Virus record (IMG/VR): IMGVR_UViG_2585427591_000001
Coordinates: 22,653 to 86,652 of that record
From: a virus
Taxonomy: Duplodnaviria > Caudoviricetes
Reading direction: 5' to 3' (one strand)
Length of the DNA: 64,000 nt
Positions 1 to 9,118 of this stretch are shown piece after piece (position 1 is the first letter of the stretch; each line of letters opens with the position of its first letter). The notes beneath the pieces were generated by a model. The model did not search any database. It was given only the letters and a program-made list of their open reading frames with translations, and was not told the origin of the DNA. A program made the position numbers and the translations under genes.

Positions 1-58
1 CGACCAAAACATTCTTGAAGCGCTCAGTCTGATACCGACAGAGACAAACAGCCGCGTA

Positions 59-544
59 GTGATTGATTACGTGCTGGCGCTGGTGGCTGAGGGCGTTGCC
101 ATGCGGTCTGGGGCAACTTATTTCAGCTACGGCACGGATGCGGGTTATGAAGAGCATCCGACCGCTGAGCAGGCCAGGGAAGCCGCCAAAGACGATATTG
201 ATGGCTACCGTGACGAAGCGATTGACGGCTGGAGTGATGAGGTCTCGCGAGTCGTCTGGGGTGTGGTGCTGGAGCGCTCAACGATGACCGGCCTTAGCAA
301 GCGTACTGATGAAGACTCCGCTGATAAGTCCATTGAGGAAATCTGCGATTACGAATTACAGCCAGAGGTAGAAACCCCCGCAACGGTCAAAACGATCGCC
401 GACATTGGCGCGAAGGCGATCACTGAGGCCGCATTCAGCTATCACGAAAAAGCGTACGTGGCATTTGAGGGAAGCGCCGAACCCGGCCCTTACATCCGTG
501 CTGACCTGCAACAGTTCGCGGCCAGCTGGCGCATAGGGAAATAA
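59..544 (+). CDS. Hypothetical phage early protein (acidic; true start may lie upstream)
   Basis: 161-aa ORF co-oriented with the early cluster. Confidence 0.6.
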   Translation: MIDYVLALVAEGVAMRSGATYFSYGTDAGYEEHPTAEQAREAAKDDIDGYRDEAIDGWSDEVSRVVWGVVLERSTMTGLSKRTDEDSADKSIEEICDYELQPEVETPATVKTIADIGAKAITEAAFSYHEKAYVAFEGSAEPGPYIRADLQQFAASWRIGK

Positions 545-601
545 CCATTAGGCATATTCAGCCGGTCTGATGGCCGGCCTTACTTTTGCGAAGAGAAATG
601 G

Positions 602-1021
602 ATGAAACTGACCAAATCCCAGCGCACTGATCTGAGGGAGCTCTTTGGCGGCCGCTGCGCGTATTGCGGCGAACCATTACCTGAGAAAGGGTGGCATGCG
701 GATCACGTTAAAGCAGCGCTGCGAAAGTGGCATTACGGCGAACGGCGACCCGACGGTACCCGGAAAATCATTTTCACCGGGGAATGCTGGAATCCTGAAC
801 ATGACACGCTCGATAACATGGTCCCCGCCTGCGCGCCCTGCAATCGGTTCAAAGCAACTTTCGGGTTAGAAGCCTTCAGAGAAGAGCTATCTCATCAACT
901 CGAACGTGCGAGAAAAACCAGCGTCAATTTCCGTATGGCAGAACGATACGGCCAATTGCAGGTTACCCAGTCCCCGATCGTCTTCTGGTTTGAAAAATAC
1001 AGCCAAGGAACAGCGCTATGA
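602..1021 (+). CDS. HNH endonuclease
   Basis: CAYCG...WHADHV...NMVPACAPCNRFK, an HNH/Zn motif set. Confidence 0.85.
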   Translation: MKLTKSQRTDLRELFGGRCAYCGEPLPEKGWHADHVKAALRKWHYGERRPDGTRKIIFTGECWNPEHDTLDNMVPACAPCNRFKATFGLEAFREELSHQLERARKTSVNFRMAERYGQLQVTQSPIVFWFEKYSQGTAL

Positions 1022-1665
1022 CATACCGTTTCTATCTCCTGTGCGTGCGGGATACCGTGGGCACTAACGCATCATTCCACTGTAAAAATGGTGCCGGATA
1101 CAGCACAAACATCGATAAAGCCCACGTCTACACGCTCAGTGAAGCACAACACGCCTGGGACAATGGCCGGAGTATCGAGCTGCCACTTTCTGCCGATGCC
1201 GTTGATGCCCTTTCCGTGCTTCACGTTGATCACCAGGTCATCCCATGCAAAACAACGCAGGAAGAGGGATGCACCGAGTATGTGGCCTTTGTGAAAGGGC
1301 GCTGGGACGGGAATGACCTTTACTGGCTTAGCGACGGTTCCCTGCCGACCACCGATTTCAGCAAAGCCACCATTTACCCCGCGGTGCGCCCGGCAGACAT
1401 GGACATCGTATGGCTTCCGTATCACCTGGCTGGCGCTGTAAAACGCCGCACGTTCAATATCAACCTACTCGACAGCCGGAAGATGATCCAGGGTGCAGGC
1501 CTGCGCATGCCTGAGCATGTTAAGCGCCAGCGCCGGCGCGAACGAAGACCCGCCACCGGCAAGGTACGCTGGAATTGTCCTGTGTGCGGGAAAATCAGCT
1601 GGCAGTTCAGCCCCTACGACTTTGACGGGTGCCTGAACTGGTCATGCGAGGGACATAAATCATGA
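1018..1665 (+). CDS. Hypothetical phage protein with C-terminal Zn-ribbon
   Basis: ATGA overlap with the upstream gene; CPVCG...CLNWSC at the C-terminus. Confidence 0.7.
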   Translation: MTYRFYLLCVRDTVGTNASFHCKNGAGYSTNIDKAHVYTLSEAQHAWDNGRSIELPLSADAVDALSVLHVDHQVIPCKTTQEEGCTEYVAFVKGRWDGNDLYWLSDGSLPTTDFSKATIYPAVRPADMDIVWLPYHLAGAVKRRTFNINLLDSRKMIQGAGLRMPEHVKRQRRRERRPATGKVRWNCPVCGKISWQFSPYDFDGCLNWSCEGHKS

Positions 1666-2042
1666 AAAACAGCATGAGCCGTGCCCGGAAAAAACTGACG
1701 ACCGAGGCAAAGAAATTGCTTATAGCCCTTACGCCTCAGTTTCACGAAGAAGAGTTTGCGCTCGAGTATTGCGACTATGCACAAACAGACGTGTGGGAGC
1801 ACTGGTCCTCATCAACAAATGAAAACGGCACTGAATGGGACTCTAAGGATGCCATGATCTGCCTTATGGAGCGTTTCGAAGATGAGACGCGTGACTGGAA
1901 AGGGTTTTTTAAAGCATCGGAAGAAAACGGATACGAAAATTTTGACGTCGAACCCTTCAGATCGCCTTACCGAAACTTGACGGCCGCGGAGGTTATTTCT
2001 CATTGTCGCAAGCTGGCAAAGGCCGGGGTGAGGTGGAAATGA
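1662..2042 (+). CDS. Hypothetical phage protein
   Basis: 126 aa with ATGA-coupled overlaps on both sides. Confidence 0.65.
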   Translation: MKNSMSRARKKLTTEAKKLLIALTPQFHEEEFALEYCDYAQTDVWEHWSSSTNENGTEWDSKDAMICLMERFEDETRDWKGFFKASEENGYENFDVEPFRSPYRNLTAAEVISHCRKLAKAGVRWK

Positions 2043-2458
2043 CAAAGCTAACGACAACGAAGGGACAGCGTTTAGAGCATGCAAACCAGCTGATCCAAAT
2101 CATCTCCTCGCACGGCCGGCGATTCTTCTACTCAGACAAGACGAAGAGAACAGCCTTCTTTTTCCTCAACCATAACAGCCGTGTCTACTTTGTGGATGAA
2201 TACACCGGCAAGGCCATTTATACCCACAAAACAACGTTCACGAATAAGTGGAGCGGATTTTCACACGGTGGAACGCTGCGTGCCCTGGTAGAGGCCATGC
2301 GGGATTACATCGTGAAAGGTACCCACCTGGATCCTTATGACCTGGGCCCGGAGCGGCGTAACACAGATGACGGAAATATCTGGGGCTATCCCACCGCCGT
2401 GCGGCGTGAGGCAGCACTACTGCCGATTATCATGAAAGATAAGGAATCATCGTTATGA
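2039..2458 (+). CDS. Hypothetical phage protein
   Basis: Start moved to ATG 2039 (GAGGTGG RBS, ATGA overlap); SHGGTLRALVEAMRDYI segment. Confidence 0.65.
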   Translation: MTKLTTTKGQRLEHANQLIQIISSHGRRFFYSDKTKRTAFFFLNHNSRVYFVDEYTGKAIYTHKTTFTNKWSGFSHGGTLRALVEAMRDYIVKGTHLDPYDLGPERRNTDDGNIWGYPTAVRREAALLPIIMKDKESSL

Positions 2459-2739
2459 TTGAGACAACAGATATCAAGGCGCTGCGTGAGGCGCACAACG
2501 TAGTTACCGTGACTATTTCCGGCCCTGTAGGGTGTGGGAAATCTGCCATCTATGGCGAGCTGGAAATAGCCCTTCGTGCAATGGGCATTCCAGTTGTCCA
2601 TGCCGACCCAAAGGCTGCTGATTACGAGAAGTGGGCCACTCATGCAGACTGGGCTAGCGAGTTGGAAATCTATAACCCTACGGTTGTTTTGGTTGAGAAA
2701 ATCGAAATTAACTCGAGTGCAAAAGGCGGCGCTCAATGA
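2455..2739 (+). CDS. Small protein with Walker A-like motif
   Basis: VTISGPVGCGKSAI in a 94-aa ORF with ATGA overlaps. Confidence 0.6.
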   Translation: MIETTDIKALREAHNVVTVTISGPVGCGKSAIYGELEIALRAMGIPVVHADPKAADYEKWATHADWASELEIYNPTVVLVEKIEINSSAKGGAQ

Positions 2740-2825
2740 CAACTACAACAGTAATGCGGAAGCATTGCCCTCACTGCGGGATGTGTGCAATGTGTTGCGT
2801 GTGCATTTGGGGGAGGCGTAAATGA
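2736..2825 (+). CDS. 29-aa Cys-rich microprotein (not in ORF track)
   Basis: MTTTTVMRKHCPHCGMCAMCCVCIWGRRK; ATGA overlaps with both neighbours and fills the gap exactly. Confidence 0.6.
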   Translation: MTTTTVMRKHCPHCGMCAMCCVCIWGRRK

Positions 2826-4120
2826 CAACTACAACCACCCACACTATCAAGCAGGCCCGACCTTCAGAAGCAGAGATGCAGTTGTTATGGAAGCTGTACC
2901 GTGCATCACAACGTGTCGATAACCGTTGGGGAGGTATCAGCGTCAGTGAAATGAACGAGGAGTTCCAACGGATTGTGCCTGACCGGTTTAACCAAGGCGT
3001 CGATCGGGAGCACCGCATGTTTTTCCTGCGCGCTTGGCAAGTCCTGGTCTGTAGTGGCGGCTTCGGGCGCATCATAGGCGCGCTCGATACTTACATTGAA
3101 AATATGCAGGATCCAGACGCAGATCATCTGAAATGGAAACCTGAACTCATTAAGCAGTTCAATGATGCAGAAATACTGCCTGTTATTCATGAGGCTTATG
3201 ACGAAGCACGACAGCATAACGACGAGCTACAGGCGGCCAAGAGCACCCTTGAACAACTTGGCTATACGTACACGGCTGGCGCTGAGAAATGGCAGCCACC
3301 GCTGGGAAATAAACCAAACCTTGAGCATTTAAGTTTCCCTGCAGACCTCCTCCCAAATACTAAAGACCTGGTTATAAACTTCGCTAACGCAATGGGCGCA
3401 AAGCTTTATGCATCGGAGCAAAAATACGATTGGTCAGAAGGTTGGATGGAAGGCAGCTGGAAGGATATATGCCAGGCGGAATTGCATAAGCATCTCAGTA
3501 AAGGGGACCCGGTAGACGTCGCTAACTACTGCGCGTTTATGCATTACCACGGGTGGCCAACAACTGCGGCCCCTTTAACGAATGAGGAACCGGTAGGAGA
3601 GATCGTGGCGTGGGCCGGTACTCAACTGGATAAAGGGATCACGCGCAATATTGATTTCAGGTTCCATCGTTTTGATGTCGCGCCGGGAACTCTCCTGTAT
3701 GAAGCCCCGTTGAATATTGCGATAGACGAAGACCATGCATTCAATAAGTGGCTTGCCAGCGATTATTCACCGGATGGTAGCGGCCATACGAGCCAGGCAG
3801 ACGAGCAGAGCTTTATTGCTGTTTTAAGACACGTCTGGATGGCGCGTGCTGGAATATCAACCAAGCCTAATGCCACACCGCCAGAAAAACTGCCTTGCTG
3901 CGTTTTAATGCCCGGATTAAGGCTTGGCAAAGGCCTGCCAACCAGAATGTTATTAGAAGCCCTTGTTCGTCGCACTGCTTTCCTTGCTGAACAGGAATCA
4001 ATGACACCTGAACAACGTTTGGAACAGCAGGTACATCGAGAGAAATTCGAATCGTTAACCGGCTTAAAGCGCGTTGCCCATTGTGACGCCTGCGGCAGTA
4101 TTCTGAAAGATATCGAGTAA
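2822..4120 (+). CDS. Mosaic Ead/Ea22/Eaa-like early protein with a MazG-like helical segment
   Basis: Central KLYASEQKY...KGDPVDVANYCAFM segment typical of these modular phage proteins. Confidence 0.55.
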   Translation: MTTTTTHTIKQARPSEAEMQLLWKLYRASQRVDNRWGGISVSEMNEEFQRIVPDRFNQGVDREHRMFFLRAWQVLVCSGGFGRIIGALDTYIENMQDPDADHLKWKPELIKQFNDAEILPVIHEAYDEARQHNDELQAAKSTLEQLGYTYTAGAEKWQPPLGNKPNLEHLSFPADLLPNTKDLVINFANAMGAKLYASEQKYDWSEGWMEGSWKDICQAELHKHLSKGDPVDVANYCAFMHYHGWPTTAAPLTNEEPVGEIVAWAGTQLDKGITRNIDFRFHRFDVAPGTLLYEAPLNIAIDEDHAFNKWLASDYSPDGSGHTSQADEQSFIAVLRHVWMARAGISTKPNATPPEKLPCCVLMPGLRLGKGLPTRMLLEALVRRTAFLAEQESMTPEQRLEQQVHREKFESLTGLKRVAHCDACGSILKDIE

Positions 4121-4132
4121 AGGGGCTGGCGC

Positions 4133-4483
4133 ATGACAACTGAAACAGAAGACGAGCTGGCAAACGTCGTCTTGTTCCCCGTTAAACATGCTGACCCCAT
4201 GCAGGACGTGGGCCACATCTACGAACGGGCGCAATACTGCCGGCATCCGGGCATGTATGTAAACGAGCAGGAACGCCAATGCCGGTGCCAGAAATGCGGG
4301 GCCGTATTGGACCCGTTCGACTACCTGTTATCTGTGGCAAAGCGTGAAACAACGATGGCCGGCAATATTAATGCGCTGCGAGAGGAAGAGAGGAGCCGGC
4401 GCGAAAATATTGAAAAGCTGATCGTCATTGAACGGAACGCAAAGGCCCGCATACGGCGCGCGCAACGCGCTAAAAAGGACTGA
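4133..4483 (+). CDS. Hypothetical phage protein (CxH...CxxC plus coiled coil)
   Basis: CRH...CQKCGAVLDPFDYL followed by a coiled coil. Confidence 0.65.
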   Translation: MTTETEDELANVVLFPVKHADPMQDVGHIYERAQYCRHPGMYVNEQERQCRCQKCGAVLDPFDYLLSVAKRETTMAGNINALREEERSRRENIEKLIVIERNAKARIRRAQRAKKD

Positions 4484-4485
4484 AA

Positions 4486-4692
4486 ATGGAAGAAGTCTCA
4501 GAACAGTTATTCAATGCCATTGTCATCAACTCCAATGCTGATCTCTGCTGGCTAAAAACGGGGGAGGCGGCATGGCAGCTAAACGGGATGTTCATTGCTA
4601 AAAAGGTACCGCGACGCAGCAAGTATAAGTTTGCTCAATATTGGGTTACCACAGAAGCAATAGCACTGTATTCAACGAAGGAAGGGGAATAA
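4486..4692 (+). CDS. Hypothetical protein
   Basis: 68 aa; AAGGA RBS; tight spacing. Confidence 0.5.
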   Translation: MEEVSEQLFNAIVINSNADLCWLKTGEAAWQLNGMFIAKKVPRRSKYKFAQYWVTTEAIALYSTKEGE

Positions 4693-4934
4693 TGGATATG
4701 GCCACTGTTACCACCATAGCGCTATGTATCGTCTATGTAGCCATCACGCTGGCGTTGTTCTTAGAGGGATGTCTCGAAGAGAGATGTCTTCCACCGCTGA
4801 AACGTAAAGGCCCCCGCGCTGTTTTGAAGTCTGCGGTAATCCGACCTGCAGCTGTCGTCTATAGCGTGGCGCTATGTGCCTGCATGTCGTTTGAATGGCT
4901 GTATAAGTTAATCGTACGCGAGAGCCGTTTTTAG
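4692..4934 (+). CDS. Small putative membrane protein
   Basis: Start at ATG 4692 after GAAGGGG; two hydrophobic stretches. Confidence 0.5.
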   Translation: MDMATVTTIALCIVYVAITLALFLEGCLEERCLPPLKRKGPRAVLKSAVIRPAAVVYSVALCACMSFEWLYKLIVRESRF

Positions 4935-4986
4935 CGAGTCTGGCAGCACACCCTAACCGGCATTACTCCTACACATCCTCCAACTG

Positions 4987-5009
4987 AGCTCGCATATTGC
5001 GGGCTTTTG
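4987..5009 (+). terminator. Rho-independent terminator
   Basis: AGCTCGCA-TAT-TGCGGGCT followed by a short T run. Confidence 0.55.
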
Positions 5010-5032
5010 TCATTTTAGAAACAACTTAATTC

Positions 5033-5422
5033 ATGAGGTCCCCTATGTTTTGCGTACCGGAGCAGTACCGCGTCACATCAGGCCCACTGGCTACAACGGC
5101 CGCGGACGGAAACAACGGTCTGTTTGTGATCCCCCGTGCCAACGGTTCGAAACAGCGACTTAGCATTATCGCCAGCGACGGCGAAGGCTGGGAGCACGTA
5201 TCCGTTTCAATGAAAGACCGCATGCCTGGCTGGGATGATATGTGTTACGTCCAGCGGCTGTTCTGGAGCCCTGAAGCATTGGTTGTTCAATACCACGCCC
5301 CGGTGGCCAGCCATATCAATAATCATAAGTACTGTTTGCATATGTGGCGGCCGGTTGCAGAAACCGTCCCTGTACCACCGGGTTGGATGATCGGTATTAA
5401 AGGGATAGAACTGCATGGCTAA
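5033..5422 (+). CDS. Conserved phage protein
   Basis: GWEHVSVS...P.W.DMC...FW...QYH...NNH.YCLH.WR signature widespread in phages. Confidence 0.7.
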   Translation: MRSPMFCVPEQYRVTSGPLATTAADGNNGLFVIPRANGSKQRLSIIASDGEGWEHVSVSMKDRMPGWDDMCYVQRLFWSPEALVVQYHAPVASHINNHKYCLHMWRPVAETVPVPPGWMIGIKGIELHG

Positions 5423-6017
5423 GAATCTGTTCACTGTAGAATGGCTTGAAGGCCATAAAACGCGTATGGCTGGCGCTGGAAGGAAGGAAAAGAGCATTTC
5501 CGATAGCCCCACCATAAAAAGCATGACCAGGGCTCACTACTCATCAATCAAACGTTCCCCGCATCTTGTCGCGTTAAACATGCTTGAGCGTAATCCGTCG
5601 CTATTCGAAGGGAATCAGGAACACTGGGAGCAGGTCCGTATCTTCTGGCATTTTGAACAACACAACCCCGAGCTTTACCAGCTGCTGCATGCGACGCCCA
5701 ATGGCGGGGCCAGGCAGAAGGCTGTTGCCGGAAAAATGAAGGCGGAAGGGCAAAAGAAAGGTTACCCGGATACCACACTGGATGCACCGCGAGGGGTATA
5801 TCACGGTATGCGGTTAGAGCTGAAGTACGGTAAAAACCGTGTTTCGGAAGAGCAAACAGACTGGCTTACGAAGCTAACAGAGCAGGGATACTACTGCATT
5901 GTTGCCTATGGTCACGAAGAAGCCATCACCCAATTCCAGCAATATTGGCTCTTAAATTCTGGCGAATTCATGCCGGAATTAGACCTCAACAGCTTCATAA
6001 CCTTGCAAATAAACTAA
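5415..6017 (+). CDS. VRR-NUC domain nuclease
   Basis: HATPNGG...KAEG.KKG.PD...LELK...SEEQ..W...L...GY. Confidence 0.85.
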   Translation: MAKNLFTVEWLEGHKTRMAGAGRKEKSISDSPTIKSMTRAHYSSIKRSPHLVALNMLERNPSLFEGNQEHWEQVRIFWHFEQHNPELYQLLHATPNGGARQKAVAGKMKAEGQKKGYPDTTLDAPRGVYHGMRLELKYGKNRVSEEQTDWLTKLTEQGYYCIVAYGHEEAITQFQQYWLLNSGEFMPELDLNSFITLQIN

Positions 6018-6044
6018 CAGTGCTATACTGCTTTATAAAACCAC

Positions 6045-6059
6045 CTTAGAATATGGCTA
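6045..6059 (-). promoter_or_regulatory. Putative C1 operator upstream of the lpa operon
   Basis: TAGCCATATTCTAAG on the minus strand, identical to 19071-19085; lies just downstream of TGcTATACT (-10 at 6024-6029). Confidence 0.65.
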
Positions 6060-6120
6060 ATTAGGGGGGCGATGCATCGGCAATTGATGCCTCGCCCGTC
6101 AGCCAGCGGTCGGAGGCAGT

Positions 6121-6339
6121 ATGTTTTTCAGTAAAAAACTGCACTATTACGTTTGCTCATTTGCAGGAACTGAGCGCGGCACTATTACATCAGTCGTCCT
6201 TCGGTACCCTACCGAAGGCTTCACGCAACCGCGTCAGATCCAGGCGCGTCGCAACGCTGGCCTACCGGACGATGCGTCCATTTTTTGTGTTTCATATCTC
6301 GGCAAAATGAGCCGGAAATATTATGAAACTACAATGTGA
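6121..6339 (+). CDS. Hypothetical protein
   Basis: 72 aa with GGAGG RBS. Confidence 0.65.
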   Translation: MFFSKKLHYYVCSFAGTERGTITSVVLRYPTEGFTQPRQIQARRNAGLPDDASIFCVSYLGKMSRKYYETTM

Positions 6340-6787
6340 ACCCTGCGCAATGATCACAAGTAAAAACGAAACAGATAACAGTCCGTTTCGTATTAAGGTC
6401 ACGTCAAAAGAGATTGCTGATCTGCTACTGAGCACCAAGGATTTTCTGACCACGCGCGAAGTAGCCAACGAGCTGCGAAAGCGTCACCCCCACCGAATTA
6501 TCGTTGTTAACGATATCTATAAGCGCCTGGTTGAATTTGTCAATTCACCCAACGCACATTGTGTAGTCGACACCTCGACAAGACCGAGGCGTTTCCGTCT
6601 ATACAATATATATCCCGTGTATTTCGTCGAATTAAGAAGACAATTAATGAGAAAAGGTGCGCCCATTGAGGAATTACAATGCATTCCTTCAGTCGCACCT
6701 GATGAAGAAAAGAGCAGAAGTGTTAAAGAAATTCTTGCATTATGGGATATGTTAGTAAGTAACCGAAATAGTATTAAGCGTATGTAG
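6323..6787 (+). CDS. lpa: Late promoter activator (Lpa/gp10-like)
   Basis: DTSTRPRRFRL and N-terminal helices recall P1 Lpa; located upstream of pacA. Confidence 0.8.
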   Translation: MKLQCEPCAMITSKNETDNSPFRIKVTSKEIADLLLSTKDFLTTREVANELRKRHPHRIIVVNDIYKRLVEFVNSPNAHCVVDTSTRPRRFRLYNIYPVYFVELRRQLMRKGAPIEELQCIPSVAPDEEKSRSVKEILALWDMLVSNRNSIKRM

Positions 6788-7706
6788 ATATAGGTTTATT
6801 CTTAAATTGATGCAATAAATCTTCATATATCGATAGTTTATGACTGCCCAGGTGATAACTTAAATATATGGAATATCGTTCAAATGACAATTCATCGGGT
6901 AACCAGAGTAACGCTATTTGATTATTACAAAATTGTTTCAACTGAACAGCAATATTGTATGGGACAATTGAGATAAGGAGACTTTTCCCGATGATATGCA
7001 CGATATTGTGCAGTGATTCCGAATAATAAACGTCTCTCTGCTTTAACTTCCCCATGAACTCCGTGTTCAGATCAGTGCTCAGAATGGTGTATCGTGAAGG
7101 AATGTTATGCGTAACGCGGCCAGCGGAGTGGAAAGCATAAAGTGAAAGTTTACCCATCTCTGCGAGAGGGTTTTCCAGACTGCATAGCGCAACATAGTGT
7201 TGAAAAGTATCAACGGTATGACATGCGATATCTTTCGCGGTGACGGGATGATGGCTAAGCACTATTTCATTTGTAGAGTTATATAGACGTTGTGAAAGTT
7301 CAATAGTATTAGTCTTGTTAATCATTTCGACTGAAATACGGAATTTGTCATGCATTGACAATAACCCTGAAATGTAATGCACCTCACAATAATCGTGAGT
7401 GAGGATTCGTAGAAGTGGAGGACAATCCATCTGTTTATTTTCTAGCGTCTTATTTATTAATGATTCCGCAGCATGAAACGCGGCATCAATTTCAATCGCA
7501 CGCGCTGTCGGCTTTAAACCAAACTGTGTTCTCGTAAATAATTCCTCATTATAAATCCTCTCAAGTTTCTGAAGAGATAGCGTCACGGCCGAAGGCGTTA
7601 CATTAAGATATTTTGATGCATTCGTGACGTTTCCTGATGTTATTACGACGCGCAAAATCTTGAAAAGATTAAAGTCAAAATCACCTGGCTTGTAGCAATA
7701 GCGCAT
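6774..7706 (-). CDS. LysR-family transcriptional regulator (LeuO/YbdO-like)
   Basis: FDFNLFKIL...NVTNASKYLNVTPSAVTLSLQKL...LFTRTQFGLKPT HTH; 310 aa; visibly AT-rich. Confidence 0.85.
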   Translation of the reverse strand: MRYCYKPGDFDFNLFKILRVVITSGNVTNASKYLNVTPSAVTLSLQKLERIYNEELFTRTQFGLKPTARAIEIDAAFHAAESLINKTLENKQMDCPPLLRILTHDYCEVHYISGLLSMHDKFRISVEMINKTNTIELSQRLYNSTNEIVLSHHPVTAKDIACHTVDTFQHYVALCSLENPLAEMGKLSLYAFHSAGRVTHNIPSRYTILSTDLNTEFMGKLKQRDVYYSESLHNIVHIIGKSLLISIVPYNIAVQLKQFCNNQIALLWLPDELSFERYSIYLSYHLGSHKLSIYEDLLHQFKNKPISTYA

Positions 7707-7794
7707 AAAATAACCTTCAAAGGAAAATTATAGGAGAGCTATGCTTTATGCACGATCTTTATTAAGAGAGTCAACACCCTAACCTCACCAAACC

Positions 7795-8255
7795 TGATCA
7801 GCTTAAGTGATCACAAGAAAGATCAAAACAACTGATCATTGATCGGGTGGAGTTTCTATAAGCTAACCTTCTTAGAATGTGACTAAAGAAGGTTTGGGTG
7901 TCATGAATGAGTAGGGATGTCTGGGTTTTTCACATTGAAAACTATGGAAAAATGGCGCGTGAGACTGGCGTCACTATTGCTGCGTATGCTGAAATCCATG
8001 GACTCAATCCGAACACCTGCCGCCGCTACTTCAGGAAGCCAAAAGAAGGCGATAAGCCCTTAAAAACAATAGCAAAGCCTCAGAAAAAGAAAAAACTGAT
8101 CACTGATCGCTCTGATGATCTGCTGATCACTAAGGACGAACAAAAAAATCAAAAAAAAATAGACCGTAAAATCAAAGCGATAAAGGAGGTGGAAGCGCGC
8201 GAGGCCCCACTTTGCGGCGGAAGAGCGTTTTACGATAAAGACGATAAATTGATCA
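7795..8255. other. pac (packaging initiation) region with TGATCA/G clusters
   Basis: GATC hexamers at 7795, 7808, 7820, 7833, 7840 and at 8097, 8104, 8116, 8124, 8250; P1 pac is made of TGATCA/G repeats in pacA. Confidence 0.75.
7871..7885 (-). promoter_or_regulatory. Putative C1 operator upstream of pacA
   Basis: TAGTCACATTCTAAG on the minus strand. Confidence 0.55.
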
Positions 8256-9118
8256 GGTACGTTAGCCCCCCGCGTGGCACCACCCGAACCCAGTTTCAGC
8301 CCGGCAATAAAGCCAGTGTCGTTTACGGCCGTTACTCCACCCCGACAGAAGAAGACATCACCAAAGCCCAGGAGTTGATCGAAAACGGAATACTCGATTC
8401 ACTTGATGAGTTTCTAATTTCCCAGAACCTTGCACACCTCATGTTAATTAGTCGGTCACGCGATCGGTCAATCGCCATCTTTGACGAGATGGAAGCAGAG
8501 CGGCAGAAACTATTGAACGTGCAGAGCAGCAAGAAGAAGAAAGCTGCCGATGTTGAAGCGGCCCCGCAGCAAGACGTACCTAACGAGTTCAAAAAGTTGG
8601 GCATGCTCGTTAATGCGTCGGAAGCCATTTACGGGATCACTAAAACTCTCTCCGGGATGCGCAATAGCATTGAAAAACGTAGGCAGGATGATGACCGCCG
8701 GGATGTGGAAGAGATGGAACGTGTGATCATTCAGCGCGCATTTGAATACCAGGTTAGCGAGTCATGGACCGCATTTCAGACCGCGGCTTATATAGAAAAG
8801 CAGGGTATCAAAATACCGGCGACGCTCTTAATGCAGGTGCAGGCCGAACTGAAAACCCCACCCCCTGTTGAATCTGGACGTATCGATGAGGACGAGCTCG
8901 AACGGCAGGCGCGGGAGTATAAAGACAGGCAGTTGGCCGCCGCGTCTAACATCGAGGACCGGCGTAACGCTGTTTCGAACCTGGTTGATAGTGGTGGCTA
9001 TGGCGACATTGACCAGACTGGTGAAGTGCGCGCGGATATGAACTTCGTGGAAGAAGAAGACGATGACGACTGGGATGAAGACGCGACAAGCGAGTATTAC
9101 GACGGGGATGATGATTAA
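7907..9118 (+). CDS. pacA: Terminase small subunit
   Basis: N-terminal HTH ([15 protein letters not shown]), internal pac hexamers, acidic tail, coupled to pacB. Confidence 0.9.
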   Translation: MSRDVWVFHIENYGKMARETGVTIAAYAEIHGLNPNTCRRYFRKPKEGDKPLKTIAKPQKKKKLITDRSDDLLITKDEQKNQKKIDRKIKAIKEVEAREAPLCGGRAFYDKDDKLIRYVSPPRGTTRTQFQPGNKASVVYGRYSTPTEEDITKAQELIENGILDSLDEFLISQNLAHLMLISRSRDRSIAIFDEMEAERQKLLNVQSSKKKKAADVEAAPQQDVPNEFKKLGMLVNASEAIYGITKTLSGMRNSIEKRRQDDDRRDVEEMERVIIQRAFEYQVSESWTAFQTAAYIEKQGIKIPATLLMQVQAELKTPPPVESGRIDEDELERQAREYKDRQLAAASNIEDRRNAVSNLVDSGGYGDIDQTGEVRADMNFVEEEDDDDWDEDATSEYYDGDDD

